From the IMG/VR virus record IMGVR_UViG_3300017764_000001: a stretch of 64,000 nucleotides of DNA. One strand, written 5' to 3'. Position numbers and translations under genes: made by a program. Below are positions 1 through 9,219 of the stretch, piece after piece (positions within the stretch are counted from its first letter, which is position 1; every line of letters starts with the position of its first letter). This DNA comes from a virus. Taxonomy: Duplodnaviria > Caudoviricetes. Below the pieces are notes generated by a model that saw nothing but the letters and a program-made list of their open reading frames with translations, was not told the DNA's origin and ran no database searches.

Positions 1-2
1 AT

Positions 3-635
3 CTTAGAGAAATCCCTGCAGTTTATCTGAATCTTGCTGAGCATACTGAGAAAAATAAAAGTATGCAAAAACTGATTAAAGACTGTGGATTTAAAAATTC
101 AATTCGTGTTGAAGGTGTATCTCGTCCAGATAATCCATTGATTGGATGTTCATTGGCACACCTTAGAGGATTGGAGGAGATTGATCCTCCTTTTATTCTT
201 TTTGAAGATGATTGTGAAATCAAAAACTTTGAACCAGAAATTGAAGTTCCCAAAAATGCTGATGCAGTTTATCTTGGAGTTTCATCATGGGGAAGAATGA
301 ACGGACACTCTGGTCCTTTTGTTCAATATGAAAAGATAAGTGATAATTTTCATCGTGTTTATAATATGCTTGGGGCACATGCCATATTGTATCTGACAGA
401 AGATTATGTTAGAATGTGTCAAAGAATAAGTTTTCATGCTGGCAATGTGATCGGTAGTTATCAGGATATTGGATTTGCTGAGATACAACGTTGGTTCAAT
501 GTATATACATTTGATGATCCAATGTTCTATCAAAACAGTTCTTATCAAGCAACTGTAAATCCACTTACAAGTTATCCAACACAGGAGTGTTTTAACTTTA
601 ATAAAAATTATTTTTTACCTGAGAGAGTTTTATGA
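3..635 (+). CDS. Glycosyltransferase family 25-like protein, 5'-truncated at the window edge
   Basis: The frame is open from base 3 (LREIPAVYLNLAEH...) ahead of the ORF-track ATG at 63. Carries GCSLAH, ILFEDD and AHAILY motifs typical of GT25. Confidence 0.65.
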   Translation, partial: LREIPAVYLNLAEHTEKNKSMQKLIKDCGFKNSIRVEGVSRPDNPLIGCSLAHLRGLEEIDPPFILFEDDCEIKNFEPEIEVPKNADAVYLGVSSWGRMNGHSGPFVQYEKISDNFHRVYNMLGAHAILYLTEDYVRMCQRISFHAGNVIGSYQDIGFAEIQRWFNVYTFDDPMFYQNSSYQATVNPLTSYPTQECFNFNKNYFLPERVL

Positions 636-1516
636 AATCATTAGTTACTGGAGGATGTGGATTTATTGGATCTCATCTAGTAGATAGATTGGTAAAATTA
701 GGACATGAAGTTGTAGTTTTGGATAGAGTAAAGCATCACGATCCAAATCCAAAAGCAACATATTATCTTTATGATTTATCTGAAAAATATACAAAATATA
801 TTCATCTTTTTGAAAGTGTAAATAATGTTTTTCATATGGCATCTGAAGTTTCCATACCATATTGTGTAGAGAAACCAAATGAGAGTATGGCAAATAATAT
901 TTTAGCAACTATGAATGTTCTAGAGTGTGCTAGAATTCACGATATTGATAGGTTTATATTTTCCTCTACATCTGCTGTATATGGAAATAGAATATTTCAT
1001 CCTAAGTATGAAACAAATCAAGTCCAGTGTCTGAATACATATTCAATATCTAAATATTCCGGAGAACAACTCTGTGAAATGTATTATAATCTTTATGGTC
1101 TGAAAACTGTAATGTTTAGATATTTTAATGTTTATGGTGAAGGGTGTCATAAGACAGGTCAATATGCTCCTGTCATGTCAATTTTTAAACGGCAAAAAGA
1201 AAATAAAGAACCTCTGACAATAGTAGAACCGGGATATCAAACAAGAGATTTTGTTCATGTCTCTGATGTTGTTTATGCTAATATTCTTGCAACTCAAAGA
1301 GATCTTGAAGAGTATGGTCAAGTATTTAATATTGGCACAGGAGAAGGAACAGAGATTCAAACAATTGCTGATTTAATATCTGATTATCAGATTGCAATAC
1401 CTCAAAGATCTGGAGAGGTAATGCATTCCACAGCAAATATCGATAAAGTGAAGGAAATTCTAGGATGGAAGTGGAGTGTTAAAGTTATTGAATGGGTTAG
1501 GAAAAATTTAAAATGA
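632..1516 (+). CDS. NAD-dependent nucleotide-sugar epimerase/dehydratase (extended SDR)
   Basis: N-terminal TGGCGFIG Rossmann motif, YSISK (YxxxK), FRYFNVYG and TRDFVHVSDV. Confidence 0.92.
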   Translation: MKSLVTGGCGFIGSHLVDRLVKLGHEVVVLDRVKHHDPNPKATYYLYDLSEKYTKYIHLFESVNNVFHMASEVSIPYCVEKPNESMANNILATMNVLECARIHDIDRFIFSSTSAVYGNRIFHPKYETNQVQCLNTYSISKYSGEQLCEMYYNLYGLKTVMFRYFNVYGEGCHKTGQYAPVMSIFKRQKENKEPLTIVEPGYQTRDFVHVSDVVYANILATQRDLEEYGQVFNIGTGEGTEIQTIADLISDYQIAIPQRSGEVMHSTANIDKVKEILGWKWSVKVIEWVRKNLK

Positions 1517-2316
1517 CAGTAGCATTTAACTATCTCGGTAAATTGGGGCAACTTGGTAATCAAATGTTTCAGTATGCGGCAACCTTAGGTGCCGCAAGAT
1601 ATCTTGGAGTTACATTTACAATTCCAGATCATAATGAAGTTCTTGTCGATGCTCTTGGTAATAAATTAAGAATAGAACTATTCGATTGCTTTGATATTAA
1701 ACCAGACAATAAAGGATTACTTAAAACCGATAATGTTCTTTCTGAAAAAGGATTTGAGTATGATCGTAATATTTTTAACGTGGATAAACGACATGATTTT
1801 ACTCTTTATGGATTCTTTCAAACTGAAAAATATTTCAAACATTGTGAAAATGAAATAAGAAATCAGTTTAAATTCAAGGAACAAACTGTTAATGAATGTA
1901 ATGATATTATTGAAGAGTGTTTTGATAATCCTATTGCTCTTCATATTCGTAGAGGAGATTTTTTAATTAACTCCGGTAACCATTACAATCAATCTCTTGA
2001 TTACTACAAGGAAGCTTTAAGTAAGTTTGATTCTAAAAGGCAAGTTGTTATCTTTAGTGATGATCCTCAGTGGTGTGTGGAACAAAAGTTATTTGAGTCT
2101 GATAGATTTATTGTTTCTTCAGGAAATAATCCTTATATGGATCTATACTTGATGAGTCAATGTGATGATTTTATTATTGCTAATTCTACTTTTTCTTGGT
2201 GGGGTGCATGGTTAGCAAATAAAGGAAAGGTAATTGCACCCAAAAAATGGTTCGGACCTAATAATTCTAATTTAAATACAAAAGACTTATATCCTGAGCA
2301 TTGGGAGATTATATAA
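1513..2316 (+). CDS. Glycosyltransferase family 11 (alpha-1,2-fucosyltransferase-like)
   Basis: GQLGNQMFQYA, LHIRRGD, IFSDDPQW and NSTFSWWGAWL motifs. Confidence 0.88.
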   Translation: MTVAFNYLGKLGQLGNQMFQYAATLGAARYLGVTFTIPDHNEVLVDALGNKLRIELFDCFDIKPDNKGLLKTDNVLSEKGFEYDRNIFNVDKRHDFTLYGFFQTEKYFKHCENEIRNQFKFKEQTVNECNDIIEECFDNPIALHIRRGDFLINSGNHYNQSLDYYKEALSKFDSKRQVVIFSDDPQWCVEQKLFESDRFIVSSGNNPYMDLYLMSQCDDFIIANSTFSWWGAWLANKGKVIAPKKWFGPNNSNLNTKDLYPEHWEII

Positions 2317-3107
2317 TGGACAAAAATAAATCGGCATATAAACTTAAAGGATTACCTCCCGTTTATTATATTAATCTTGATGGTGAACCAGAAAGAAAAA
2401 TGTATATGGAGGCACAATTAAAATACTGGGAGATAGAAGACTATACTCGTATCACCGCTTATGATGGACGTGAAGATGATCTGAGTGATATTCTTAAAGG
2501 TAAATACCCTGACATGGTTTCGTCTGGTGAGATTGGATGTGTGACCTCTCATCTCAAAGCAATTAAACATTGGTATGATACAAGTGACACTCCTTACGCA
2601 ATCATGATGGAAGATGATTGTAGTTTAGATACTGTAAAGTGTTGGAACTTCACATGGAAAGATTTTATTGCAAAAGTTCCTTATGCCTGGGATGTAATTC
2701 AACTTGCAATTATTTCTACCGGTGATATACACGTTCCCATTCACAATAGATTTGTGAATGATTTTTCTACAGCTTGCTATATTATTACGCGACATCATGC
2801 CAAGAAGTTAATTGATTTTCATGTCAGAGGTGACAAATACAAACTTGACTGTGGAGTCAAACCACGTCCTGTTGCAGATGATTTGATTTACAATTCTGGA
2901 TTGACATTTGCGACACCACTTTTGTTGTATCGTATCCAACTGGGTTCATCTATTCATCCAGAACATGTAGATGCTTTCCACAAAAATAGTCATGATGGTA
3001 TTTTAAACTTCTGGCAGCAGCAGGGATCTAATATGACTGTAGAAGACATTACAAATTTTGATCCCTACTTTAACAAAATCAGTAATCCGTCAGGAAATCC
3101 TGGCTAG
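2316..3107 (+). CDS. Glycosyltransferase family 25-like protein
   Basis: YYINLD...R, GEIGCVTSHLKAI, MMEDD and STACYII motifs. Start taken at the TAATG overlap with the upstream stop (ORF track starts at 2301). Confidence 0.72.
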   Translation: MDKNKSAYKLKGLPPVYYINLDGEPERKMYMEAQLKYWEIEDYTRITAYDGREDDLSDILKGKYPDMVSSGEIGCVTSHLKAIKHWYDTSDTPYAIMMEDDCSLDTVKCWNFTWKDFIAKVPYAWDVIQLAIISTGDIHVPIHNRFVNDFSTACYIITRHHAKKLIDFHVRGDKYKLDCGVKPRPVADDLIYNSGLTFATPLLLYRIQLGSSIHPEHVDAFHKNSHDGILNFWQQQGSNMTVEDITNFDPYFNKISNPSGNPG

Positions 3108-3112
3108 AGGGC

Positions 3113-3141
3113 TTGACAGGTTTGTTACATTACTATATAAT
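3113..3141 (+). promoter_or_regulatory. Sigma70-type (host-like/early) promoter for hli
   Basis: Perfect TTGACA (3113-3118), 17-bp spacer, TATAAT (3136-3141). Confidence 0.88.
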
Positions 3142-3167
3142 ATGTAAAGATTCATTACATTAGGTAA

Positions 3168-3386
3168 ATGACTGTAACAACTAATGAGTTCGGGCAACAG
3201 AATCTGTTTGCTAAAGAACCACAAATGTATGTCTCTAAGACTGATGCCGAGCGTTATGGATATGAGTCCTATGCAGAACGTGCGGAGAAGTTAAATGGAC
3301 GTACTGCTATGCTTGGATTTATTGCTGCTATCGTCAGCTATGCTACTACTGGTAGTGTATTTTTCTTTGGTGCTTTCGGATTCTGA
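3168..3386 (+). CDS. hli: High-light-inducible protein
   Basis: AERAEKLNGRTAMLGF chlorophyll-binding helix motif; N-terminal QQNLFAKEP typical of cyanophage Hli. Confidence 0.93.
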   Translation: MTVTTNEFGQQNLFAKEPQMYVSKTDAERYGYESYAERAEKLNGRTAMLGFIAAIVSYATTGSVFFFGAFGF

Positions 3387-3472
3387 TGTCTGAAATTATT
3401 TTCACCACAACTAGCATTGCATTTTTTGTATTGCTAGCTTATTCTGTAGAACAACTATCTGAGACTTATTGA
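3386..3472 (+). CDS. 28-aa hydrophobic peptide (MSEIIFTTTSIAFFVLLAYSVEQLSETY)
   Basis: Translated by hand; coupled by TGATG overlaps at both ends. Confidence 0.55.
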   Translation: MSEIIFTTTSIAFFVLLAYSVEQLSETY

Positions 3473-3693
3473 TGGAAAACTCCCTTATTGAACTTCTTAC
3501 TTATTATGTAATCGTCTCCGTTGTATTCATCGGAGCACCAGGAGTATTCTTTTTTATAGCATTCATGCCAGCTCTACAAAATACAAAAGGTAGAATGGTT
3601 GGGTACAAAGATCACAAAACATATGGAGATTCCTCTATCTATGAGAATAGTCCCAGTGATCAGACTAAGTTTTACCTTGAACTTCAAGGGTAA
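3472..3693 (+). CDS. Small single-pass membrane protein
   Basis: ORF track; ATG at the TGATG overlap; N-terminal hydrophobic helix. Confidence 0.7.
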   Translation: MENSLIELLTYYVIVSVVFIGAPGVFFFIAFMPALQNTKGRMVGYKDHKTYGDSSIYENSPSDQTKFYLELQG

Positions 3694-3720
3694 TATATAC
3701 GTTAGATAGACCTAACTGAT

Positions 3721-3885
3721 ATGCCAGATCCAAATGCTCTTTATGAAGACATGGAGAAATTAAATGCCCTATACGAAGAACTCTGCTGGGGGCACGATGA
3801 TAAACTAGAGTTTCAAATCGAATACCTTAGAGGTAAAGGTAGAGTTATTATTAAAAACAAAACACAACAGGAGAAAAAACAATGA
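3721..3885 (+). CDS. 54-aa hypothetical protein (MPDPNALYEDMEKLNALYEELCW...)
   Basis: Translated by hand; ATGA overlap with the downstream hli. Confidence 0.6.
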   Translation: MPDPNALYEDMEKLNALYEELCWGHDDKLEFQIEYLRGKGRVIIKNKTQQEKKQ

Positions 3886-3989
3886 ACGAAAACGCAGAAC
3901 GTATTAATGGACTTGCAGCTATGATTGGTGTTATTGCTGCTATGGGTTCATATGCAGTAACAGGTCAAATCATTCCAGGTATCTGGTGA
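3882..3989 (+). CDS. hli: Short high-light-inducible protein (35 aa)
   Basis: MNENAERINGLAAMIGVIAAMGSYAVTGQIIPGIW contains the AExxNGxxAMxG motif and the TGQIIPG tail; GGAG ribosome-binding site upstream. Confidence 0.92.
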   Translation: MNENAERINGLAAMIGVIAAMGSYAVTGQIIPGIW

Positions 3990-4054
3990 TGGGATTTGTA
4001 GTGGCAGCTGTGCTGTTGCTGATCCCACTTGCTGCAGCAGCTAAAAGATCATGA
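3989..4054 (+). CDS. 21-aa hydrophobic micropeptide (MGFVVAAVLLLIPLAAAAKRS)
   Basis: Translated by hand; TGATG and ATGA overlaps with both neighbours. Confidence 0.4.
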   Translation: MGFVVAAVLLLIPLAAAAKRS

Positions 4055-4191
4055 GTTTAGAGTGGGCACAGACAATAATATTTTTATTGGCACCCCTCTT
4101 TTTTATGTTACTTTTGACGGATGTAGATGATGACGATGATGGTCCAGATGGTGGTTTGATGACACCAGTGTATGCACCATCACCAAGTTAG
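4051..4191 (+). CDS. 46-aa membrane peptide with acidic tail (…DDDDDGPDGGLMTPVYAPSPS)
   Basis: Translated by hand; transmembrane segment followed by an Asp run; followed by a terminator-like hairpin. Confidence 0.6.
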   Translation: MSLEWAQTIIFLLAPLFFMLLLTDVDDDDDGPDGGLMTPVYAPSPS

Positions 4192-4194
4192 CAC

Positions 4195-4228
4195 TAGACT
4201 CTCTACATATACTAGAGGGTCTATTTTT
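4195..4228 (+). terminator. Rho-independent terminator
   Basis: Stem TAGACTCTCTA/TAGAGGGTCTA with a 7-nt loop and T5 tail. Confidence 0.65.
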
Positions 4229-4378
4229 ATGCCTAGAAATCAAGTTAGTGTTGAAGAACTGAGAGTTCGTATAATGAAACTAAAAAATGATCTGGGTTGG
4301 GAACCGCAAGACAAAAAAGAATTGGCACAGAGATACCTAGGATATGTCTTGGATATTTTGGAAGAATATCGATTTTAG
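4229..4378 (+). CDS. 49-aa hypothetical protein
   Basis: ATG at 4229 within the ORF-track frame 4172..4378 (MPRNQVSVEELRVRI...). Confidence 0.55.
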   Translation: MPRNQVSVEELRVRIMKLKNDLGWEPQDKKELAQRYLGYVLDILEEYRF

Positions 4379-4381
4379 GGC

Positions 4382-4415
4382 TTGACAGGGACGGGAAACC
4401 GTAGTATTATAAATA
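4382..4415 (+). promoter_or_regulatory. psbA promoter: sigma70 -35/-10 with an overlapping T4 late promoter
   Basis: TTGACA 4382-4387, 17-bp spacer, TATTAT 4405-4410; TATAAATA at 4408-4415. Confidence 0.82.
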
Positions 4416-4460
4416 AGTTGAATGGTTACGAAATGTAACGTCTTCTAGACACCCCATAAA

Positions 4461-4552
4461 CCGAGACCTCTAGGGTGTATAAACCACGTCTCTCATACCT
4501 CTACTAAGGGTGTAGAGGAATAGTAACTCCACCATTTCCCTGATGGTCTTAC
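4461..4552 (+). ncRNA. Structured psbA 5' leader, PhotoRC-II-like RNA motif
   Basis: Stems GAGAC/GTCTC, CCTCTAC/GTAGAGG and ACCAT/ATGGT directly upstream of psbA, the position reported for PhotoRC-II in cyanophages. Boundaries approximate. Confidence 0.6.
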
Positions 4553-4568
4553 TTTTTTGTTTAAAACA

Positions 4569-5648
4569 ATGACACAAACTCTTTCAAGACAACAACAAAC
4601 ATCCACATGGGAGTCTTTCTGCCAGTGGGTAACTTCTACCAATAACCGCCTCTATGTCGGTTGGTTCGGCGTACTGATGATCCCAACTCTGTTGGCAGCA
4701 ACTATCTGCTTCATCACCGCCTTCGTCGCTGCTCCTCCTGTGGACATCGACGGCATCCGTGAACCCGTTGCCGGTTCACTCATGTATGGTAACAACATCA
4801 TCTCTGGTGCAGTTGTTCCTTCTTCCAACGCAATTGGTCTTCATTTCTATCCCATCTGGGAAGCCGCAACCCTCGACGAGTGGTTGTATAATGGTGGTCC
4901 TTACCAACTCGTAGTATTCCACTTCCTTATTGGCGTCTTTGCTTACATGGGTCGTGAGTGGGAACTCTCTTACCGTCTCGGTATGCGTCCTTGGATCTGT
5001 GTTGCTTATAGCGCACCTGTCGCAGCAGCATCTGCAGTATTCCTCGTCTATCCTTTCGGTCAAGGTTCGTTCTCTGATGGTATGCCTCTTGGTATCTCTG
5101 GTACTTTTAACTACATGCTTGTATTCCAGGCAGAACACAATATCCTTATGCACCCGTTCCACATGCTCGGTGTTGCTGGGGTATTCGGTGGATCTCTTTT
5201 CTCTGCTATGCACGGAAGTCTGGTTACTTCCTCACTTGTACGTGAAACCACTGAAACAGAGTCTCAGAACTACGGTTACAAGTTCGGTCAAGAAGAAGAG
5301 ACCTACAACATTGTTGCCGCACACGGTTACTTCGGTCGTCTGATCTTCCAATATGCATCTTTTAACAATTCTAGAAGTCTGCATTTCTTCCTCGCTGCGT
5401 GGCCCGTCGTGGGGATCTGGTTTACCGCCCTCGGTGTCAGCACCATGGCATTCAACCTCAACGGATTTAACTTCAATCAATCCATTGTTGAAAGTCAAGG
5501 TCGTGTTGTAAACACCTGGGCAGACGTTCTTAATCGTGCTGGTCTCGGTATGGAAGTGATGCACGAGCGCAATGCTCACAACTTCCCTCTGGATCTGGCT
5601 GCTGCTGAGTCTACCCCTGTGGCACTCACCGCACCTTCTATCGGTTGA
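4569..5648 (+). CDS. psbA: Photosystem II D1 protein, no intron
   Basis: [26 protein letters not shown] and [17 protein letters not shown] motifs; ATG at 4569. Confidence 0.99.
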   Translation: MTQTLSRQQQTSTWESFCQWVTSTNNRLYVGWFGVLMIPTLLAATICFITAFVAAPPVDIDGIREPVAGSLMYGNNIISGAVVPSSNAIGLHFYPIWEAATLDEWLYNGGPYQLVVFHFLIGVFAYMGREWELSYRLGMRPWICVAYSAPVAAASAVFLVYPFGQGSFSDGMPLGISGTFNYMLVFQAEHNILMHPFHMLGVAGVFGGSLFSAMHGSLVTSSLVRETTETESQNYGYKFGQEEETYNIVAAHGYFGRLIFQYASFNNSRSLHFFLAAWPVVGIWFTALGVSTMAFNLNGFNFNQSIVESQGRVVNTWADVLNRAGLGMEVMHERNAHNFPLDLAAAESTPVALTAPSIG

Positions 5649-5651
5649 TGA

Positions 5652-5750
5652 ATGGAACCTGGTAGTTTCTTCCCCGTCACTTATGTGGCGGGGTTTTTTA
5701 TAGGTATTTTAACGGTTACAATTCCTTTACTTTGTGTGATACTATTATGA
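5652..5750 (+). CDS. 32-aa hydrophobic peptide spanning the psbA terminator
   Basis: Translated by hand as MEPGSFFPVTYVAGFFIGILTVTIPLLCVILL; ATGA overlap with the next gene. Confidence 0.45.
   Translation: MEPGSFFPVTYVAGFFIGILTVTIPLLCVILL
5672..5699 (+). terminator. psbA Rho-independent terminator
   Basis: CCCCGTCAC-TTAT-GTGGCGGGG followed by T6. Confidence 0.85.
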
Positions 5751-6094
5751 ACGGTAAACTTGATCCAGAAGAACGTGTTATGAGTGAATCTAACAATAAT
5801 AGTTGGATTAGTGATCTCCATCAAGCATTGAATAAACTCAAATGGGAGCATGGGGACAACATTGCTGTAGAAATTGGTGGAACATCAATCTACGAAATTG
5901 AGGGTGCCGGAACAAAATGGGCACCAGTAAAAGGCACTCGCAAATATAATAAGGATGCCTTTATTGTGATTAAGAACTTGGATAAAAATCCTACAGTTCC
6001 TTCTCAACCTAACCCTGAATTAAAACCACATCATATTATGGTTAACGGGCAACAGATTCCTATTCAGCAGGATTTAAATGATAAAACTAATTGA
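5747..6094 (+). CDS. Hypothetical protein
   Basis: ORF track (likely ATG at 5747); overlaps the next ORF. Confidence 0.7.
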   Translation: MNGKLDPEERVMSESNNNSWISDLHQALNKLKWEHGDNIAVEIGGTSIYEIEGAGTKWAPVKGTRKYNKDAFIVIKNLDKNPTVPSQPNPELKPHHIMVNGQQIPIQQDLNDKTN

Positions 6095-6308
6095 ACCTTC
6101 TGATCCTCGGTATTTTACCGACACTTCTGATCAACCCTATGACCGTCATCATTATGAGTTTGTATACTCAAATGGTCAATCAAAAACTTTTGATTCATGG
6201 GAAGAAGTTAGAAGTGAGTGGTTTAATGTTCCTTCACAGTTCAAGTCTCATATAAAAGTTTTGGATCGAAAACAAAATAAGAAAAAATCTAATGGAGGTT
6301 TTAAATAA
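6078..6308 (+). CDS. Hypothetical protein
   Basis: ORF track; lies directly upstream of psbD and contains its GGAGG ribosome-binding site. Confidence 0.7.
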   Translation: MIKLIEPSDPRYFTDTSDQPYDRHHYEFVYSNGQSKTFDSWEEVRSEWFNVPSQFKSHIKVLDRKQNKKKSNGGFK

Positions 6309-6310
6309 TC

Positions 6311-7366
6311 ATGGTTGCTTCAACATTACAACAACCAACACGGGGGTGGTTCGATGTCCTTGATGACTGGCTTAAACGCGATCGTTTTGTCTTTGTGGGC
6401 TGGTCTGGACTATTACTTTTTCCCACTGCTTATCTTGCAATTGGTGGCTGGCTTACTGGCACTACCTTTGTTACGAGCTGGTACACCCACGGTCTCGCAA
6501 GTAGTTACCTTGAGGGTGCTAATTTTCTTACAGCGGCTGTCTCAACGCCTGCTGATGCTATGGGTCATTCTCTTCTTCTACTTTGGGGTCCTGAGTCTCA
6601 GGGAGATTTCGTCCGGTGGTGCCAACTTGGAGGGCTTTGGTCCTTTGTTGCTCTCCACGGTGCATTTGCCCTCATAGGTTTCATGCTTCGACAGTTTGAA
6701 ATCAGTCGTTTAGTAGGTATTCGTCCGTACAATGCTATTGCGTTTTCTGGGCCTATCGCTGTTTTTGTCAGTGTTTTTCTCATTTACCCACTCGGACAGT
6801 CGAGTTGGTTCTTTGCGCCGAGTTTCGGTGTCGCGGCAATATTCCGCTTCCTTCTCTTCCTCCAGGGCTTTCATAACTGGACGCTCAATCCCTTCCATAT
6901 GATGGGAGTTGCAGGTATTTTAGGAGGAGCCTTGCTTTCTGCGATACATGGTGTTACAGTTGAGAATACTTTGTATGAAGATGGTGAACAAGCAAATACT
7001 TTTAAAGCATTTGACAGTACTCAAGAAGAAGAGACCTATTCGATGGTTACTGCAAATCGTTTCTGGTCACAAATTTTTGGTATTGCTTTCAGTAACAAGC
7101 GTTGGCTGCATTTCTTTATGTTATTTGTCCCAGTTATGGGTCTTTGGACTAGCAGTATCGGCATCATTGGTCTTGCTCTTAATTTACGTGCGTATGATTT
7201 TGTCTCACAAGAGATTCGTGCCGCAGAAGATCCAGAGTTTGAGACCTTCTACACCAAGAACATTCTCCTCAACGAGGGACTCCGTGCTTGGCTTGCACCT
7301 GTCGATCAACCACATGAAAACTTTGTCTTCCCTGAAGAAGTTTTACCAAGAGGAAATGCTCTGTGA
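6311..7366 (+). CDS. psbD: Photosystem II D2 protein
   Basis: [28 protein letters not shown] and [10 protein letters not shown] motifs. Confidence 0.99.
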   Translation: MVASTLQQPTRGWFDVLDDWLKRDRFVFVGWSGLLLFPTAYLAIGGWLTGTTFVTSWYTHGLASSYLEGANFLTAAVSTPADAMGHSLLLLWGPESQGDFVRWCQLGGLWSFVALHGAFALIGFMLRQFEISRLVGIRPYNAIAFSGPIAVFVSVFLIYPLGQSSWFFAPSFGVAAIFRFLLFLQGFHNWTLNPFHMMGVAGILGGALLSAIHGVTVENTLYEDGEQANTFKAFDSTQEEETYSMVTANRFWSQIFGIAFSNKRWLHFFMLFVPVMGLWTSSIGIIGLALNLRAYDFVSQEIRAAEDPEFETFYTKNILLNEGLRAWLAPVDQPHENFVFPEEVLPRGNAL

Positions 7367-7572
7367 ATGGATTTGAAGTTTTTATTTACTTCGTTTTCTT
7401 TGCAATTATTGCCGGTGGTGCCTTTGCAATGATGTGGTCTAATATTCAATCCATAAATATGGAGATGAATAAACCAAAACCACGTCATCCTGAGGCACCT
7501 ACCCCTGGTGATGAAGTAATGTATGTTGATTTGTCTAGAGAAAAATTAGAAAAACTTTACGAGGAAGAATAA
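7363..7572 (+). CDS. Small membrane protein (N-terminal TM helix, RHPEAP motif)
   Basis: ORF track; GTGA overlap with psbD. Confidence 0.7.
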   Translation: MNGFEVFIYFVFFAIIAGGAFAMMWSNIQSINMEMNKPKPRHPEAPTPGDEVMYVDLSREKLEKLYEEE

Positions 7573-7575
7573 ATT

Positions 7576-7791
7576 ATGTCATGTAATCTAAGGGAAAAAA
7601 CACTATCTGCCTTACGCAATGACGCGATTGGTAAGATTAGTAAGGCAAAAGTAAATATTGAAATTTACCTACACAATCCTGTAGGTATCGGTGAGCATCC
7701 GGATGTATTGGCTGCCATTCAAGAACAATTAGATATCATTGCACACGAAGAGGAACGCATTGAAGTTCTTGAAAAGCACTTTATTAATTAA
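7576..7791 (+). CDS. Hypothetical protein
   Basis: ORF track; NPVGIGEHPD motif. Confidence 0.7.
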   Translation: MSCNLREKTLSALRNDAIGKISKAKVNIEIYLHNPVGIGEHPDVLAAIQEQLDIIAHEEERIEVLEKHFIN

Positions 7792-7828
7792 AAAGTGAAG
7801 CATCATATGTTAGTGGAGAAATACATTA

Positions 7829-8752
7829 ATGGATTACAAAACTTCTGGTGTTGATATTGAAAAAGGAAGAGAGTTTGTAGAAGAACTCAAAACTAAAATT
7901 CCTACAATTGGTGGGTTCAATGGAATGATGGAAATACCATCAGGATATGAAAAACCTGTCTTAGTTTCTGGTGCCGATGGTGTCGGAACTAAAATTAATG
8001 TTTGTAGGGTTGCTTTTGATTACACTACCATTGGACAAGATCTTGTTGCAATGTGTGTCAATGATGTAATCTGTAGTGGTGCTAAACCATTGTATTTTCT
8101 TGATTATATCTCCACTAAAACACTTGATAATAATGTTACACAAATTGTAGATGGTATTATAGAAGGATGTAGAATTGCTGGTATGGAACTCCTAGGTGGA
8201 GAAACCGCCGAACATTTCGGAGCAATCGATTATGACCTTGCTGGTTTCTGCACTGGTGTTGTGGAGAAGAACGATATTGTTGATGGTAGTAATATCAGAG
8301 CAGGTGATTTAGTTATTGGCATTGAAAGTAGTGGTCTTCATAGTAATGGATATACACTGATTAATGATATGTTATCGAGACATAAAATTTTTTATAAGGA
8401 GATGCCAGAGTTACTGACACCAACTATCATCTATGCACCTTTGGTTCAATCTCTTCTAGATGAGTTTCCTATTCTCGGTATGGCACACATTACTGGCGGT
8501 GGTATTCCTGAAAATCTTCCACGATGTCTTCCAAAAGGACTGACTGTTGATGTTGATTATGATGACTGGGAACGACCAAAAATATTCAATAAAATTCAGA
8601 AGGCAGGTGATATTGCCGAGGATGAGATGCGTAATGTATTCAATCTTGGTATCGGTTTTTGTTTGGTTGTTCCACCAGAAGTAGTTTACTATACAAAAGA
8701 ATATATTTTAGAATATGGTATGAGATCTTGGATTATTGGAGAAGTTAAATGA
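7829..8752 (+). CDS. purM: Phosphoribosylformylglycinamidine cyclo-ligase (AIR synthetase)
   Basis: MDYKTSGVDI, DGVGTK, GQDLVAMCVND, GGETAE, SSGLHSNG and HITGGG motifs. Confidence 0.96.
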   Translation: MDYKTSGVDIEKGREFVEELKTKIPTIGGFNGMMEIPSGYEKPVLVSGADGVGTKINVCRVAFDYTTIGQDLVAMCVNDVICSGAKPLYFLDYISTKTLDNNVTQIVDGIIEGCRIAGMELLGGETAEHFGAIDYDLAGFCTGVVEKNDIVDGSNIRAGDLVIGIESSGLHSNGYTLINDMLSRHKIFYKEMPELLTPTIIYAPLVQSLLDEFPILGMAHITGGGIPENLPRCLPKGLTVDVDYDDWERPKIFNKIQKAGDIAEDEMRNVFNLGIGFCLVVPPEVVYYTKEYILEYGMRSWIIGEVK

Positions 8753-8791
8753 ATCTATACATATCTAAATATTTGTAAGACGCAATATTTT

Positions 8792-9163
8792 ATGCCTCTC
8801 TACAATTCTGCCCAAGCCTATGTCTTTAATCTCCAAACAACCAGTTCCGCAGAAGCAAAAAGGTTATGGAGGCAAAAGATAAAGGAAGGATGGGATTATG
8901 AATGTGCCTATTGTGGTTCTACCAAAAACCTTACAATAGATCACATTGTCCCGAGAGCAAAAGGTGGTCCAGATTTTACGAAAAACGTTCTCTGTGCCTG
9001 CCATTCATGCAATCAACATAAAGGTCATACTCCTGTGGAAGATTGGTATCTTTCTCAGGAGTTTTTTGATGTTGATCGATATGAAAAAATCAAAGATTGG
9101 ATGAAACCAGAACCTCCTTCTAATCTGTATCGATATGGGAATCGACGGAACAAGGTTTCATAA
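8792..9163 (+). CDS. Short HNH endonuclease-family protein
   Basis: CAYCG...LTIDHIVPRAKGG...CHSCNQHKG; CTAAATA late-type promoter at 8765-8771. Confidence 0.85.
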   Translation: MPLYNSAQAYVFNLQTTSSAEAKRLWRQKIKEGWDYECAYCGSTKNLTIDHIVPRAKGGPDFTKNVLCACHSCNQHKGHTPVEDWYLSQEFFDVDRYEKIKDWMKPEPPSNLYRYGNRRNKVS

Positions 9164-9198
9164 ATAAATAGAACAAGGCAATATATATTGCTTTTTTT
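9160..9198 (+). promoter_or_regulatory. Late promoter ATAAATA plus a palindromic hairpin with T tail
   Basis: ATAAATA at 9160-9166; perfect 14-bp palindrome GCAATATATATTGC at 9178-9191 followed by T7. Confidence 0.5.
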
Positions 9199-9219
9199 GG
9201 TAAATACCGAATGCGCTAA

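Noticed and set aside
4776-6898. Antisense and alternate-frame ORFs within psbA and psbD
   Set aside because: They are shadows of highly biased photosynthesis genes with no recognisable product.
4569-9163. Group I intron in psbA or psbD with the HNH gene as its homing endonuclease
   Set aside because: psbA and psbD are uninterrupted and full length; the HNH ORF is short (123 aa), free-standing and has a late-type promoter.
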